This document shows, one piece after another, positions 20,460 through 29,926 of a stretch of 64,000 nucleotides of DNA. Numbering within the stretch: the first letter of the stretch is position 1; every line of letters begins with the position of its first letter. Position numbers and translations under genes: made by a program. The notes under the pieces were generated by a model, which was not told where the DNA came from, made no database searches, and saw nothing but the letters and a program-made list of their open reading frames with translations. This DNA is from an uncultured Thermoplasmata archaeon (lineage in GTDB: Archaea; Thermoplasmatota; Thermoplasmata; Lutacidiplasmatales; UBA184): NCBI GenBank assembly GCA_963809035.1, contig CAWEHV010000002.1:1932570-1996569 (forward strand), in the 5' to 3' direction.

Positions 20460-21614
20460 TTACCTCCGCGAGAAGATGTGGACCGAGCACGAGCCGCCGG
20501 TCGCTCCGACGTTGTGCGTGAGCGCCGTCTGGGTGCGGGGCACCTCTCGTCCCTTCGCGAGCCCGTTGAACTGTTCGAAGACCTCGACCACCTGCGAAAC
20601 GCCGGTCGCGCTGACCGGGTGACCCTTCGCCTTGAGACCCCCCGACGAGTTCACCGGTAGCTTTCCGTCCCGCGTCGTCAGGCCGTCCAAGGCGGCCCGG
20701 GCTCCCCCGCCACGGGGGAAGAACCCGAGGTCCTCGAGGGCGAGGGCCTCGGCGATCGTGAAACAGTCGTGCACCTCCGCGAAATCGATGTCCTTCGGCT
20801 CCATGTGGGCCTGACGGAACGCCTTTGCGGCTGCGGTCCGGGTGGAGGGCAAGCCGAGGAGGTCCGTTCGGTCCTGCATCTCCGTGATCGCACCGGCCCG
20901 GGCCGAGGCCCTCACGACCAGAGGCTCGGACCGGGGGGTCTTCACGAACTCCTTGGCCGCTACGACGATCGCGGCCGCTCCGTCCGAGAACGGGCAGCAA
21001 TCGTAGAGGCGGAGGGGGGATGCGATGATGGGGGAATGGAGGTAGGTTTCCATCGAGATCTCCTTCTGGAAATGGGCGTGGGGGTTCCGGGCGGCGTTGG
21101 CATGATTCTTGACCGCGATCGCCCCGAACATCTCCGGGGTCGTCCGGTACGCTGCGATATAGGCGCTCGCGAGGGTCGCGTACAGGCCGGGGAACGTCGC
21201 GCCGTTCTTCGTCTCGAAGGAATAGTCCGCGGCGGTGGCGAAGTAGCTGGTGGCCGCCAGGGTATCCAGATGGGAGAGCTTCTCGGAGCCGACGACCAAG
21301 GCGGCGTCGACGAACCCCCCGGCGACATGGACGAACGCCTCGTGCAGCCCCGCGCTCGAGGACGAGCAGGCGGATTCGATCGTGCAGGACGGAACCTCGG
21401 GGATCCCGAGGCCGCCGTTGATGAGCGGTCCCACATGGGCCTGATGCTCGGCGATACCGAAGCAGTTCGAGACGAACGTGTACCCGATGTCCTTCGGCGC
21501 GAGACCGGCCGACTCGATCGCCGCCAGGGAGACCCGGGTGGCGGCCTCGCGGCCGGTCTCCTTCATCTTACCGAAGCGATTCGACGCCGCCCCGACGACC
21601 CAAGTTTCCCTCAT
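20460..21614 (-). CDS. Archaeal-type thiolase (acetyl-CoA acetyltransferase)
   Basis: IESACSS, VKNHANA, EVHDCFT, SGGLKAKGHPVSATG, HNVG. Confidence 0.92.
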   Translation of the reverse strand: MRETWVVGAASNRFGKMKETGREAATRVSLAAIESAGLAPKDIGYTFVSNCFGIAEHQAHVGPLINGGLGIPEVPSCTIESACSSSSAGLHEAFVHVAGGFVDAALVVGSEKLSHLDTLAATSYFATAADYSFETKNGATFPGLYATLASAYIAAYRTTPEMFGAIAVKNHANAARNPHAHFQKEISMETYLHSPIIASPLRLYDCCPFSDGAAAIVVAAKEFVKTPRSEPLVVRASARAGAITEMQDRTDLLGLPSTRTAAAKAFRQAHMEPKDIDFAEVHDCFTIAEALALEDLGFFPRGGGARAALDGLTTRDGKLPVNSSGGLKAKGHPVSATGVSQVVEVFEQFNGLAKGREVPRTQTALTHNVGATGGSCSVHIFSRR

Positions 21615-21669
21615 CGTTCCTCCGGAGCAATTGAAGGCGGAAAGGGCCCTTAACCTTGGGGAGGCAAGG

Positions 21670-21948
21670 TTACGGCCCGCCATCGCTCGCTCCCTCAATC
21701 ACTGGGAGCAGGCGGGCGAACGCCCGGTCGGCGGTCTTGGGGTCGGACGTCTTGAACAGGAGCCTCCCGTTCTGGCTGATGGTCACTTCGGGGTCGGAGC
21801 CCGCGATCAACATCACGCGAGCGTCCACCACTCGGAGGCCGTTCCGCTCGAGGGCGGCGCGCACTCGCCGAAGGTCCAGGCGGCGGGGTGGGTCGGGGAT
21901 GGCCTCGAAACCGCCGCCGCTGGAACAAAGACGAAGGGTGCGATACAT
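21670..21948 (-). CDS. Small hypothetical protein resembling the C-terminal domain of MoeB/ThiF
   Basis: LCS...LDL...EVTISQNGRLLFKTSDPKTADRAF pattern. Confidence 0.55.
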   Translation of the reverse strand: MYRTLRLCSSGGGFEAIPDPPRRLDLRRVRAALERNGLRVVDARVMLIAGSDPEVTISQNGRLLFKTSDPKTADRAFARLLPVIEGASDGGP

Positions 21949-22080
21949 CCGTCGATGGCCGGACGCAGGGAGAGATATCTGACCTCTTCTGCCCGGGGTC
22001 CGCGCGCGCGGGACCCCCTCAATTCGATTTCGAGAACGATTCGCCGAGGAAGGGGTTGGACCCAATCGGGTACGAGGGAT

Positions 22081-22722
22081 CTAGGGAGGCAGAGCGGCCC
22101 CGCACTTGGCGCAGAACTGGGCTCCCGCGGCGTTCGGGGCGCCGCACGACGCACACGCCTTGCCCATCGCCGGCGCGGCGGTCGGCTGTCCCCAGGTCGT
22201 GGGCGGAGGAGCTCCCCACTGCGCCTGCTGGGGGGGCGCACCCATCTGACCGGGCTGGCCCCACTGTCCCTGGCCGCCCTGGGCGCGGGACGCGTTGATC
22301 AGGGGGTCGAACTTGATGTAGGCGATGAGCAGCAGGATCCCGATGATGATACCCCCGAGGATGAACCCGAGGATCATCCAGATGAGCGTCTGGGCCTTCG
22401 CCTGCTGATACTGGCGGGCATTTACCATCGCCTCGAGGCTCTTCATCTTCAGGTAGATGATGATGTCCACCAGGCCGAAAATCACGATCAGAATCGCAGG
22501 GACAAGGATGAACCCGAGACTGCCCGCGTAGACCCCGACGCAGATGCTTCCGGCGACATTGCATGCGTTGTAGGCCGCTACGAGAATCCCGATGTAGGCC
22601 AGACCCGCGAGGAAAAGCAGAACCCCGAAGATGATCGCCAGGATTCGGACGATGTGGAACATCGATTTGATCGACTGCGCCTCAGGCGGCTCGTAATTGT
22701 ACCCTGCGTTCAATTTGTCCAC
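22081..22722 (-). CDS. Membrane protein with Q/P/G-rich linker and C-terminal zinc ribbon
   Basis: 3 TM helices; C-terminal CASC...CAKC. Confidence 0.8.
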   Translation of the reverse strand: MDKLNAGYNYEPPEAQSIKSMFHIVRILAIIFGVLLFLAGLAYIGILVAAYNACNVAGSICVGVYAGSLGFILVPAILIVIFGLVDIIIYLKMKSLEAMVNARQYQQAKAQTLIWMILGFILGGIIIGILLLIAYIKFDPLINASRAQGGQGQWGQPGQMGAPPQQAQWGAPPPTTWGQPTAAPAMGKACASCGAPNAAGAQFCAKCGAALPP

Positions 22723-22848
22723 CGTGCCGGAGTCACTCGCGGGAGTTGCCCTACGTGTACATGAACTTGCCTAGCCAGAGGGCGGTGGGTCCTGGCCGGC
22801 CCTCCCCCCTCTCGGAAGGCGCCTGACGGGGAGGAATACGACGCCGCG

Positions 22849-23475
22849 CTAGAGGATGACGGCCTTCCGGACGCAGTCGTCGATCATCTGCTCGACGTCG
22901 ATCCGCTCCTCCTCCTGGAGGATCTGGACGAGGTTCGAGCGGGTGGCCGGCTTGTTCGGGACGGCTTGGCAGCAAACTCCCGGGCGGGTCGATATCTCGT
23001 AGGTTCCGATCTCCTTCGCGACGAGCTCGATCTCGGACTTGTCGAAGCCGATCAGCGGTCGCACGATGGGAAGTGAGACCGAGGCGGTCGCGCTCCGCAT
23101 GTTCGAGAGCGTTTGCGAGGCGACCTGGCCCAACGCCTCGCCGGTCACGAGGAAGGTGGCCCCTTCGCGCTGGGCGATCCGTTCGGCCGAACGCCACATG
23201 AACCGGCGGCACAGGACGCACCCGACGTGCCGGTCGGTCTCCCGCATGAGGGTCACCTGGGTCGACCCGTGGGGGACGACGTACAGCGGGATGGCCTGGT
23301 GGTACCGGTCCCGGAGGACCGTCAGGTGGTCCACGACCTTGGAAAGAGGGGAATCGTCCGTGAAGGGGCGATTGTCCATGTGGACCGCCAGGAGCTCGTG
23401 GCCCTGACGTAGGAGGTAGTGCATCGCGACCGGGGAGTCAATACCCCCGCTCATGAGCATCACACCGCGCGACAT
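22849..23475 (-). CDS. thiI: ThiI-like tRNA sulfurtransferase, PP-loop domain only
   Basis: SGGIDSPVA, CVLCRRFM, TGEALGQVASQT, RPLIGFDK, AKEIGTYEIS. Confidence 0.8.
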   Translation of the reverse strand: MSRGVMLMSGGIDSPVAMHYLLRQGHELLAVHMDNRPFTDDSPLSKVVDHLTVLRDRYHQAIPLYVVPHGSTQVTLMRETDRHVGCVLCRRFMWRSAERIAQREGATFLVTGEALGQVASQTLSNMRSATASVSLPIVRPLIGFDKSEIELVAKEIGTYEISTRPGVCCQAVPNKPATRSNLVQILQEEERIDVEQMIDDCVRKAVIL

Positions 23476-23602
23476 ATCCGGCGGAAGAGCCGACCTCCCC
23501 TATTTATGGACCACCTCGCGGACCGAGCCATTCCCCCGGTGCGCGACCGGCCCCCATCGGGCCGACCACGGAATTAATAGGGGTGGAAGATTCGCCGGCC
23601 CG

Positions 23603-24418
23603 ATGGGCTCAGAGGCGGGACTACCGCTCGCGCTCTCGTACCGGGAAGAGGGGTCTGGACCCGCGATCATCCTCCTCCATGGTGTCGGAGGGGACCGTCT
23701 CCTATGGAATGCCGTGATCCCCGACCTGTCGGGGGAGTTTCGTCTCGTCGCCCCGAACCTGCGGGGGCACGGGGACATGCCGTTTCCTCCGGGTTCGACT
23801 TGCTCGTTCGACGAGCTCGAAGGCGACGTTCTCGCCCTTCTCGACCGGTTGGGACTCACGGCGGTCCACTGGGTCGGCTTCAGCGGCGGAGCCTTCCTCG
23901 CCCTGCAGCTCGCGCTCAACCACCCCGAGCGGTCCCGCAGCCTGACGCTGGTGAGCGGTGCGGCCTACTGCGACGCACACCAGAAGGCGGTGATGGAGCG
24001 TTGGTGGACGACGTACGACCAGGAAGGCCCGGACGCTTTCGCGCTTCGTTTGCTCAAGGATCTCTACTATCCGGACTGGATAGAAGCCCACCTCGAGGTC
24101 GCGGACGCCTTGCGAGAGGAGGTGGTGGGTCGAGATTTCACCGGCGCGCGGGCGTGGGGGAAGGCGATGACGACGTTTGACGAGAAGAACCGGATCGCCT
24201 CGCTCAAACTGCCAACGCTCATGGTCCAGGCGATGGACGACGCGGTGGTCGACGCCTCCCACGGCCGCATCCTTCGCCAGACGATCTCCGGCGCCCAGAT
24301 CCGGATCCTCGTGCAAACAGGGCACCTGATCCCCGCCGAACGCCCGAAGGAGCTGGTGGAGTCGATCCGGACGCTCGTCCAGAGGGCCGAGGGACCCACC
24401 GACCCTTCCGTGGTCTGA
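23603..24418 (+). CDS. Alpha/beta hydrolase
   Basis: LLHGVG, LRGHG, GFSGG nucleophile elbow, TGHLIP. Confidence 0.88.
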   Translation: MGSEAGLPLALSYREEGSGPAIILLHGVGGDRLLWNAVIPDLSGEFRLVAPNLRGHGDMPFPPGSTCSFDELEGDVLALLDRLGLTAVHWVGFSGGAFLALQLALNHPERSRSLTLVSGAAYCDAHQKAVMERWWTTYDQEGPDAFALRLLKDLYYPDWIEAHLEVADALREEVVGRDFTGARAWGKAMTTFDEKNRIASLKLPTLMVQAMDDAVVDASHGRILRQTISGAQIRILVQTGHLIPAERPKELVESIRTLVQRAEGPTDPSVV

Positions 24419-24477
24419 CCGGGGAGGCTCCCCGGCCAGCGTGTGAGGTTATCTGGGGTCTCGCGATTCGGAGTCTG

Positions 24478-24654
24478 ATGGCCGACCCCGACCCCGCGTT
24501 CAATGCTCGGATCGCCTCCCTGGAGGCGCAGGTTCGGGATCTGCTCGCGCGCATCGCCTCGCTCGAGGCCATCGTGAAGAATTCCCCCCGGAGCGACCAT
24601 CCGCTCGACCGGGATACCGTACGCGAGAAGGTCTCCTACGACTGGCAGAAGTGA
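24478..24654 (+). CDS. 58-aa coiled-coil small protein (absent from the ORF track)
   Basis: MADPDPAFNARIASLEAQVRDLLARIASLEAIVK...SYDWQK; its TGA overlaps the GTG start of the Nudix gene (GTGA). Confidence 0.7.
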   Translation: MADPDPAFNARIASLEAQVRDLLARIASLEAIVKNSPRSDHPLDRDTVREKVSYDWQK

Positions 24655-25277
24655 CGGTCCCTCCCGCGCCCCCGGCCCGCTCGCTCGACCAACTGCTGGC
24701 AGGATACCCGATCCAGCGACCGCCGGTAAATTCTGCCGGCGCAGCGGTCACGATCGTGCTGCGGGAGGGCCTCTCGGACCTCGAGCTCCTCTTGATCGAG
24801 CGAGCCTCCGACCCCGACGATCCGGCGTCCGGCCAGGTCGCGCTCCCGGGGGGCCACGTCTCGGAGGGCGACGGCAACCTGGCGCAGACCGCGCTCCGGG
24901 AGCTGGAAGAAGAGGTCGGGCTCGCGCAGCAGGACCTCGACAGCGAGCTCCACTATGTCTCCACGGTGCCCGCCCGGCGCTTCGAACTCGACGTCGGGGT
25001 GTTCGCCGCTCGGCTGAGCTTGGCAGGTAGGACCCCCGCCCCCCGGAGCCCCCAGGAGGTCGCCCACGTGTTCTGGCTCCCTCTCTCGTCCCTCGAGACC
25101 ACGCAGCGAGTCGTGCGAGATACCTCGGTCGGGATCATCCCGGTGAACGCGACGGTCCATGAGGGGCACGTCCTATGGGGGTTCACCCGGCGGATCCTCC
25201 GGGCGTTCCTTGACCTCCCGGTCGAGGACGAGACGTTCGGCCCAGTCTACGTTCCGCATTCTCCGGCGCCCCCCTAA
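24651..25277 (+). CDS. Nudix hydrolase, CoA pyrophosphatase type
   Basis: SGQVALPGG...TALRELEEEVG, LWGFTRRIL. Confidence 0.9.
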   Translation: MTVPPAPPARSLDQLLAGYPIQRPPVNSAGAAVTIVLREGLSDLELLLIERASDPDDPASGQVALPGGHVSEGDGNLAQTALRELEEEVGLAQQDLDSELHYVSTVPARRFELDVGVFAARLSLAGRTPAPRSPQEVAHVFWLPLSSLETTQRVVRDTSVGIIPVNATVHEGHVLWGFTRRILRAFLDLPVEDETFGPVYVPHSPAPP

Positions 25278-25320
25278 CGCCGCGACCGACCCGTTATCTT
25301 TCAACTATCTTCGGCGACCC

Positions 25321-25515
25321 ATGTCGCTCCCCTGGAAACGCCACCAGAAGTGCCCGAAATGCGGCGGCGAATTCGACTACGAGTACATCCCCGGAGTCTC
25401 CTTCACCACGATTCGGCTCTGGAACCGGCGCTACATGGCCTGCCCGCTCTGCCACCGGTGGTCCTTGTTCCCGGTCTCCCGTGTCACCGGTCCGGATGCC
25501 GGGAAGCCCCCGTAG
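25321..25515 (+). CDS. Small zinc-finger protein
   Basis: CPKC...CPLCH in 64 aa. Confidence 0.7.
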   Translation: MSLPWKRHQKCPKCGGEFDYEYIPGVSFTTIRLWNRRYMACPLCHRWSLFPVSRVTGPDAGKPP

Positions 25516-25606
25516 ACTCCCATCGTCCCGACGATCGACCCGAGACCCTCGACGGGGGGGTACGTGGTGTCCCGGGCCCGCCGGGTAAGAACCGCTAAAA
25601 ATGTGG

Positions 25607-25613
25607 TTATATA
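25607..25613 (+). promoter_or_regulatory. TATA box of the tbp operon
   Basis: TTATATA in a GC-rich background, preceded by an A-rich stretch, about 33-39 nt before the TTG start. Confidence 0.6.
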
Positions 25614-25645
25614 GTCCTTAAATGGTCCCGCGGCCGGGGATTTCG

Positions 25646-26194
25646 TTGGTCAAGATACGGATTGAGAACGTCGTTGCGTCGACCTCCCTCGGAGACGTAC
25701 TCGACCTCCAATCGATCGCGCTTGGCCTCGACGGCGCGGAGTATGAGCCCGAACAGTTCCCGGGTCTCATCTACCGTCTCAAGCAGCCCAAGACCGCGAT
25801 CCTGCTGTTCCGATCGGGCAAAGTCGTCTGCACTGGAGCGAAGAGCATGCACGAAGTGGAGGAGTCGATCCACTCCGTCGCCGCTCAGATCAAGAAGGGC
25901 GGCCAGAAGATCAACATGCACCCGAAGATCGAGGTGCAGAACATCGTCGCGAGCTCCGACCTCGAGAGCGAGATCAACCTCAACGCCATCGCGGTCACGC
26001 TCGGGCTCGACCGGGTCGAATACGAGCCCGAGCAGTTCCCGGGCCTCGTCTGCCGCATCGACGTCCCGAAGGTGGTCGTGCTGCTGTTTGGCAGCGGCAA
26101 GCTGGTCTGCACCGGCGCCCGAAAACCCTCGGACGTCGAGGTCGCGGTCAAGAAGATCACGAAGGAACTCCAAGGCGCCGGCCTCCTGCGCTAG
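25646..26194 (+). CDS. tbp: TATA-box binding protein
   Basis: Duplicated NVVAS/NIVAS, EYEPEQFPGL and SGKxVCTGA repeats. Confidence 0.97.
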   Translation: MVKIRIENVVASTSLGDVLDLQSIALGLDGAEYEPEQFPGLIYRLKQPKTAILLFRSGKVVCTGAKSMHEVEESIHSVAAQIKKGGQKINMHPKIEVQNIVASSDLESEINLNAIAVTLGLDRVEYEPEQFPGLVCRIDVPKVVVLLFGSGKLVCTGARKPSDVEVAVKKITKELQGAGLLR

Positions 26195-26218
26195 GCCCGC
26201 TCCCCGGAGGTCGGCCCG

Positions 26219-27091
26219 GTGCCGCTCCCGAGCGATCTGCCCGTTGTCGACCATCACTGCCACCTCAGTCCGAGCGGCGAGGGAGTCGCCGCGGCCCGAC
26301 GGTTCGCCGCCGCCGGCGGGACGCATCTCCTTCTCGCGACCCAGAACTACGCCGGCACGGTCCCCCGCGCGATCGAGGATTATCGCGATCAGTTCGACAC
26401 CACGTTCCGACTGGCCCAGTCCATCCGCACGGAGACGGGGGTCGACGTGCGGTGCGTGGTCGCCCCTTACCCGATCGACCTCGTCCATGCAGCCCCGCTC
26501 CTCGGTCTCGGGCCGGCGCTGGCGCTCCAGCGAGACGCGGTCGACCTCGCGGGACGATTCGTGCGGGAAGGACTGGCGGTCGCCCTCGGGGAGGTCGGCT
26601 TGCCCCACTTCCCGGTAGAGGAACCCCTCCGGCGCGCCTGCGAGAGCGCGCTCGACCATGCCTTTGCGGTGGCGCGTGACGTGGACTGCCCCGCCGTCGT
26701 ACACTCCGCGGACCTGGACGCGGACGGATACCGCGCACTCGCGACCCAGGCGACGCGCGCCGGCCTCCCACCGGCTCGGGTCGTGAAGCACTACGCGCGC
26801 TCGCTCCTCCCCCGCGCCGAGCGCAGCGGCATCGCGCCCTCCTATCTCGCCCGAAGGGAGCTGGTGAACGAGGTCCTCGGGGAAGAGGGACCCTGGTTCC
26901 TCGAGACCGATTTCCTCGACGACCCGGCCCGTCCGGGTGCGGTCCTCGACCTCGCCACCGTGCCGCGCCGCGCCACCGCGATCGCGGATCGCGGTCCCGA
27001 GGCCGTCGAGCGCCTCTGGATCCCGTTCGTCCGATCGTTCGAGACGGTGTACGGCTGGCGTCCCGAGATCCCGGGGACGGTGACCCGATGA
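26219..27091 (+). CDS. TatD-related TIM-barrel metallohydrolase
   Basis: DHHCH, GEVGLPH, VVHS, VKHY, ETDFLDDP..PGAVL. Confidence 0.85.
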   Translation: MPLPSDLPVVDHHCHLSPSGEGVAAARRFAAAGGTHLLLATQNYAGTVPRAIEDYRDQFDTTFRLAQSIRTETGVDVRCVVAPYPIDLVHAAPLLGLGPALALQRDAVDLAGRFVREGLAVALGEVGLPHFPVEEPLRRACESALDHAFAVARDVDCPAVVHSADLDADGYRALATQATRAGLPPARVVKHYARSLLPRAERSGIAPSYLARRELVNEVLGEEGPWFLETDFLDDPARPGAVLDLATVPRRATAIADRGPEAVERLWIPFVRSFETVYGWRPEIPGTVTR

Positions 27092-27729
27092 GCGCCCGCC
27101 GGCGCGGGGTGCTGCTTGCCCTCGAAGGAATCGACGGCGCGGGCAAGTCCACCCTCGCCCGGGCGCTCGCCACGGCCCTGCGTCGCCGCGGCATGAAGGT
27201 CCTCCTACGGCGAGAGCCGTCCGACCCGGCGCTCGGACGCCTGGCCCAGCAGGCGGGCGCCCGGGACCCCTGGGCCGGGGCGGTTTACTTCACCCTCGAC
27301 CGGTTCCTCGCCCGTCCAGGGCTCGAGCGCGACCTTCGCCACTCGGACCTGGTCGTGACGGACCGTTCGCTCTACTCGACCCTGGCCTACCAGGGCAGCG
27401 CGCTCGGCACGCCCGCGGTCCGACGCCTCGAGGAGCTCGGCCCCCGCGCGACGATCCTTCCGGACCGGGTCATCCTGCTCGACCTCTCCCCCGCCGAGGC
27501 CCTGCGACGGCTGGGCCGGCGCTCCCGCGTCCGGGGCCCGCTGGAACGACGACGAACGCTCGCTCGAGTGGCGAGGCGGTATCGGCGCCTGGCCCACGAG
27601 GGAGAGTGGCGGGTCCTGGACGCCCGAAGGCCGACCGCCGAGCTGGTCGCTTCGGTCCTCCAAGAGCTGCTCGAGGGACGGACCGATACGAAGCGGCGTC
27701 CCCGGGCTGCCCGCGGACAGCGAACCTGA
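27088..27729 (+). CDS. tmk: Thymidylate kinase
   Basis: EGIDGAGKST, REP, DRSLYSTLAYQG. Confidence 0.93.
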   Translation: MSARRRGVLLALEGIDGAGKSTLARALATALRRRGMKVLLRREPSDPALGRLAQQAGARDPWAGAVYFTLDRFLARPGLERDLRHSDLVVTDRSLYSTLAYQGSALGTPAVRRLEELGPRATILPDRVILLDLSPAEALRRLGRRSRVRGPLERRRTLARVARRYRRLAHEGEWRVLDARRPTAELVASVLQELLEGRTDTKRRPRAARGQRT

Positions 27730-27755
27730 TATCGGGGACTCTTGTCCCGGGCATC

Positions 27756-28913
27756 GTGCCGAGCCCGCTCCGGATCCTGGTCAAAGAGGAAACCCTCGAC
27801 CCGGCCTACCTGCCGCCCCGGTTGGTGCGTCGTGAGAAGGAACTCGAGGTCCTGACGAAGCGATACCGCGAGGCGCTCTCGAAGGGGCTCGCCTACCACC
27901 TCCTGCTCACCGGCGGGGTCGGAAGTGGCAAGACCGCGCTCGCGCGCCGGCTCGCCAGCGACCTCGAACGCACCGGGCGGGGGAATTTGCTCCCGGTCCG
28001 GTCCGCCTACATCAACTGCTGGCGGCGGGCGAGCGACCGCACGGTCATGCTCGACCTCCTCCGGTCGGTCGATGTCTCGCTGCCGGACCGCGGATACAGC
28101 CTTTCGGAAATGATCGACGTCTTCGAGCAGGGACTGCGACGGCGGCCTCAGCACCTGGTCGTCATCCTCGACGAGGCCGGCGCACTCGTCAAGCAAGAGA
28201 CCAAGCTGGTCTACCTCCTCTCCCGCTCTCACGAGGTCGCGCTCGGATCGATCTCGCTGCTCCTGGTCGCCGCGGAGGACCTCCTCCCGTACCTCGATGC
28301 GCCGAGCCGCTCGAGCTTCGGCGTGACGCATCGACTCGCGCTGGCCCCGTACGGTCGGGAGGACCTCGTGGAGATCCTCTCCACGCGGGCGGAGCTCGCC
28401 CTCCGTCCGGGAAGCGTCGACCGGGAGGTGCTCGACCAGATCGCCCGCATCGCCGTTCCGAACGGGGATGCCCGGTTCGCCCTCGAGCTCCTCTCGGGCG
28501 CTGCCCACGTCGCCGAGGACTCCGGGTCCGACACGATCCTCGCGGAGCACGTCCGACGAACGAAGGGCTCGCTGCTCCCGACGCTCTCCGAATCGCAGCT
28601 CGAGGATCTCTCGACGAACGAGCTCGGCGTGCTGCTGGCCCTCTCCCGTTCGCTGCGGAGCCGCGGCGCGGCCGTCGCGAGCCAGAAGCTCCGAGCCGCG
28701 CACACGGCCCTCCTCGAAGAGCTCGGTGGCTCTCCGATGAGTCGTACGACGTTCTGGCGGACGCTCAAGGAGCTCGAACGGGACGGGCTGGTCACGCTCG
28801 AGACCGGCGGGACGGGGGAGTCAAGCCGGGTCGCGATGGACGACCTTCCCGCGAGCTACCTCGCGACGCTGGTCGAGGAGCGCCTGGGCCGAGGTCGCCC
28901 GCGCAAAGCCTAA
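27756..28913 (+). CDS. cdc6: Cdc6/Orc1 family AAA+ ATPase
   Basis: LDPAYLPPRLVRRE, GGVGSGKT, YINC, ILDE, GDARFAL and a C-terminal winged helix. Confidence 0.88.
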   Translation: MPSPLRILVKEETLDPAYLPPRLVRREKELEVLTKRYREALSKGLAYHLLLTGGVGSGKTALARRLASDLERTGRGNLLPVRSAYINCWRRASDRTVMLDLLRSVDVSLPDRGYSLSEMIDVFEQGLRRRPQHLVVILDEAGALVKQETKLVYLLSRSHEVALGSISLLLVAAEDLLPYLDAPSRSSFGVTHRLALAPYGREDLVEILSTRAELALRPGSVDREVLDQIARIAVPNGDARFALELLSGAAHVAEDSGSDTILAEHVRRTKGSLLPTLSESQLEDLSTNELGVLLALSRSLRSRGAAVASQKLRAAHTALLEELGGSPMSRTTFWRTLKELERDGLVTLETGGTGESSRVAMDDLPASYLATLVEERLGRGRPRKA

Positions 28914-28915
28914 AG

Positions 28916-29926
28916 GTGCCCACGGGTCGGACCGGCGTGGAGACTGCCGAGGCCATGGCCGGTCCCATGCCGGGACCCGGGCGACTCCCGGAGTGGATCC
29001 GCATTCGACCTCCGAAAGGTCCGCTCTACCCGGAGGTCCGGGGAGTGCTGGAGGGCCTCCAACTCGAGACCGTCTGCCGCGAGGCGAAGTGCCCCAACCT
29101 CCCCGAGTGCTGGTCGGCCGGGACCGCGACCCTGATGCTCCTCGGGACCGACTGCACGCGGCGGTGTGGGTTCTGCGCCGTCACGACCCGCTGGCCCCGG
29201 GGCGTCGTCGACCGGACCGAGCCCGAGCGCGTCGCGACCGCGGTCGAAAAATGGGGGCTTCGATACGTCGTCCTGACCCAGGTCTGCCGCGACGACCTCC
29301 CGGACGGGGGCGCCGCGATCCTCCGGGAGACGGTCGAACGGATCCGTGCCGCGGCTCCCGCGACCAAGGTCGAGCTCCTGGCCGGCGACCTCGGCGGCTC
29401 GGAAGCGGCCCTCCGGGACGTTCTCGTCCACCCGCCCGAGGTGTTCGCTCACAACCTCGAAACCGTACGCTCGCTCTCTTCCCAGGTCCGTGACCCGCGG
29501 GCCGGGTACGAACGCTCGCTCGAGGTCTTGCGCCGGGCCCGCTCGATCGGGGGGGACCCTCTGGTGACCAAATCCTCGATCATGCTCGGATTGGGGGAGA
29601 CGGACGCCGAGGTCGAGACGGCCCTGCACGACCTCCGCGACGCGGAGGTCGACCTCGTGACGTTCGGCCAGTACCTCTCCCCGGGCGCGAGTCACCGGCC
29701 CGTCGTCCGGTACGTTCCCCCCGGCGAGTTTGACGGGTGGAAACGGCGAGCCCTCGACCGAGGCTTCGCCGCCGTGGAGTCCGGCCCCCTCGTCCGCAGT
29801 TCCTACCATGCGGAGGAGCTGTTCGAGCGAGCCGCGGCCGCGCGGGGGGCTAGCGATGGCAAAAAAGGCCCGGAAGAAGATGGAGGAGGACGCGATCCCC
29901 GCGTTCGAATTCCCCCAATTCGATGA
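28916..29926 (+). CDS. lipA: Lipoyl synthase (true stop probably 29853 if the G-run at 29844-29849 is one base short)
   Basis: CREAKCPNLPEC, CTRRCGFC, FAHNLETV, GPLVRSSYHA. Confidence 0.93.
   Translation: MPTGRTGVETAEAMAGPMPGPGRLPEWIRIRPPKGPLYPEVRGVLEGLQLETVCREAKCPNLPECWSAGTATLMLLGTDCTRRCGFCAVTTRWPRGVVDRTEPERVATAVEKWGLRYVVLTQVCRDDLPDGGAAILRETVERIRAAAPATKVELLAGDLGGSEAALRDVLVHPPEVFAHNLETVRSLSSQVRDPRAGYERSLEVLRRARSIGGDPLVTKSSIMLGLGETDAEVETALHDLRDAEVDLVTFGQYLSPGASHRPVVRYVPPGEFDGWKRRALDRGFAAVESGPLVRSSYHAEELFERAAAARGASDGKKGPEEDGGGRDPRVRIPPIR

Noticed and set aside
27730-27756. Replication origin beside cdc6
   Set aside because: The gap is too short; no ORB boxes or AT-rich unwinding element
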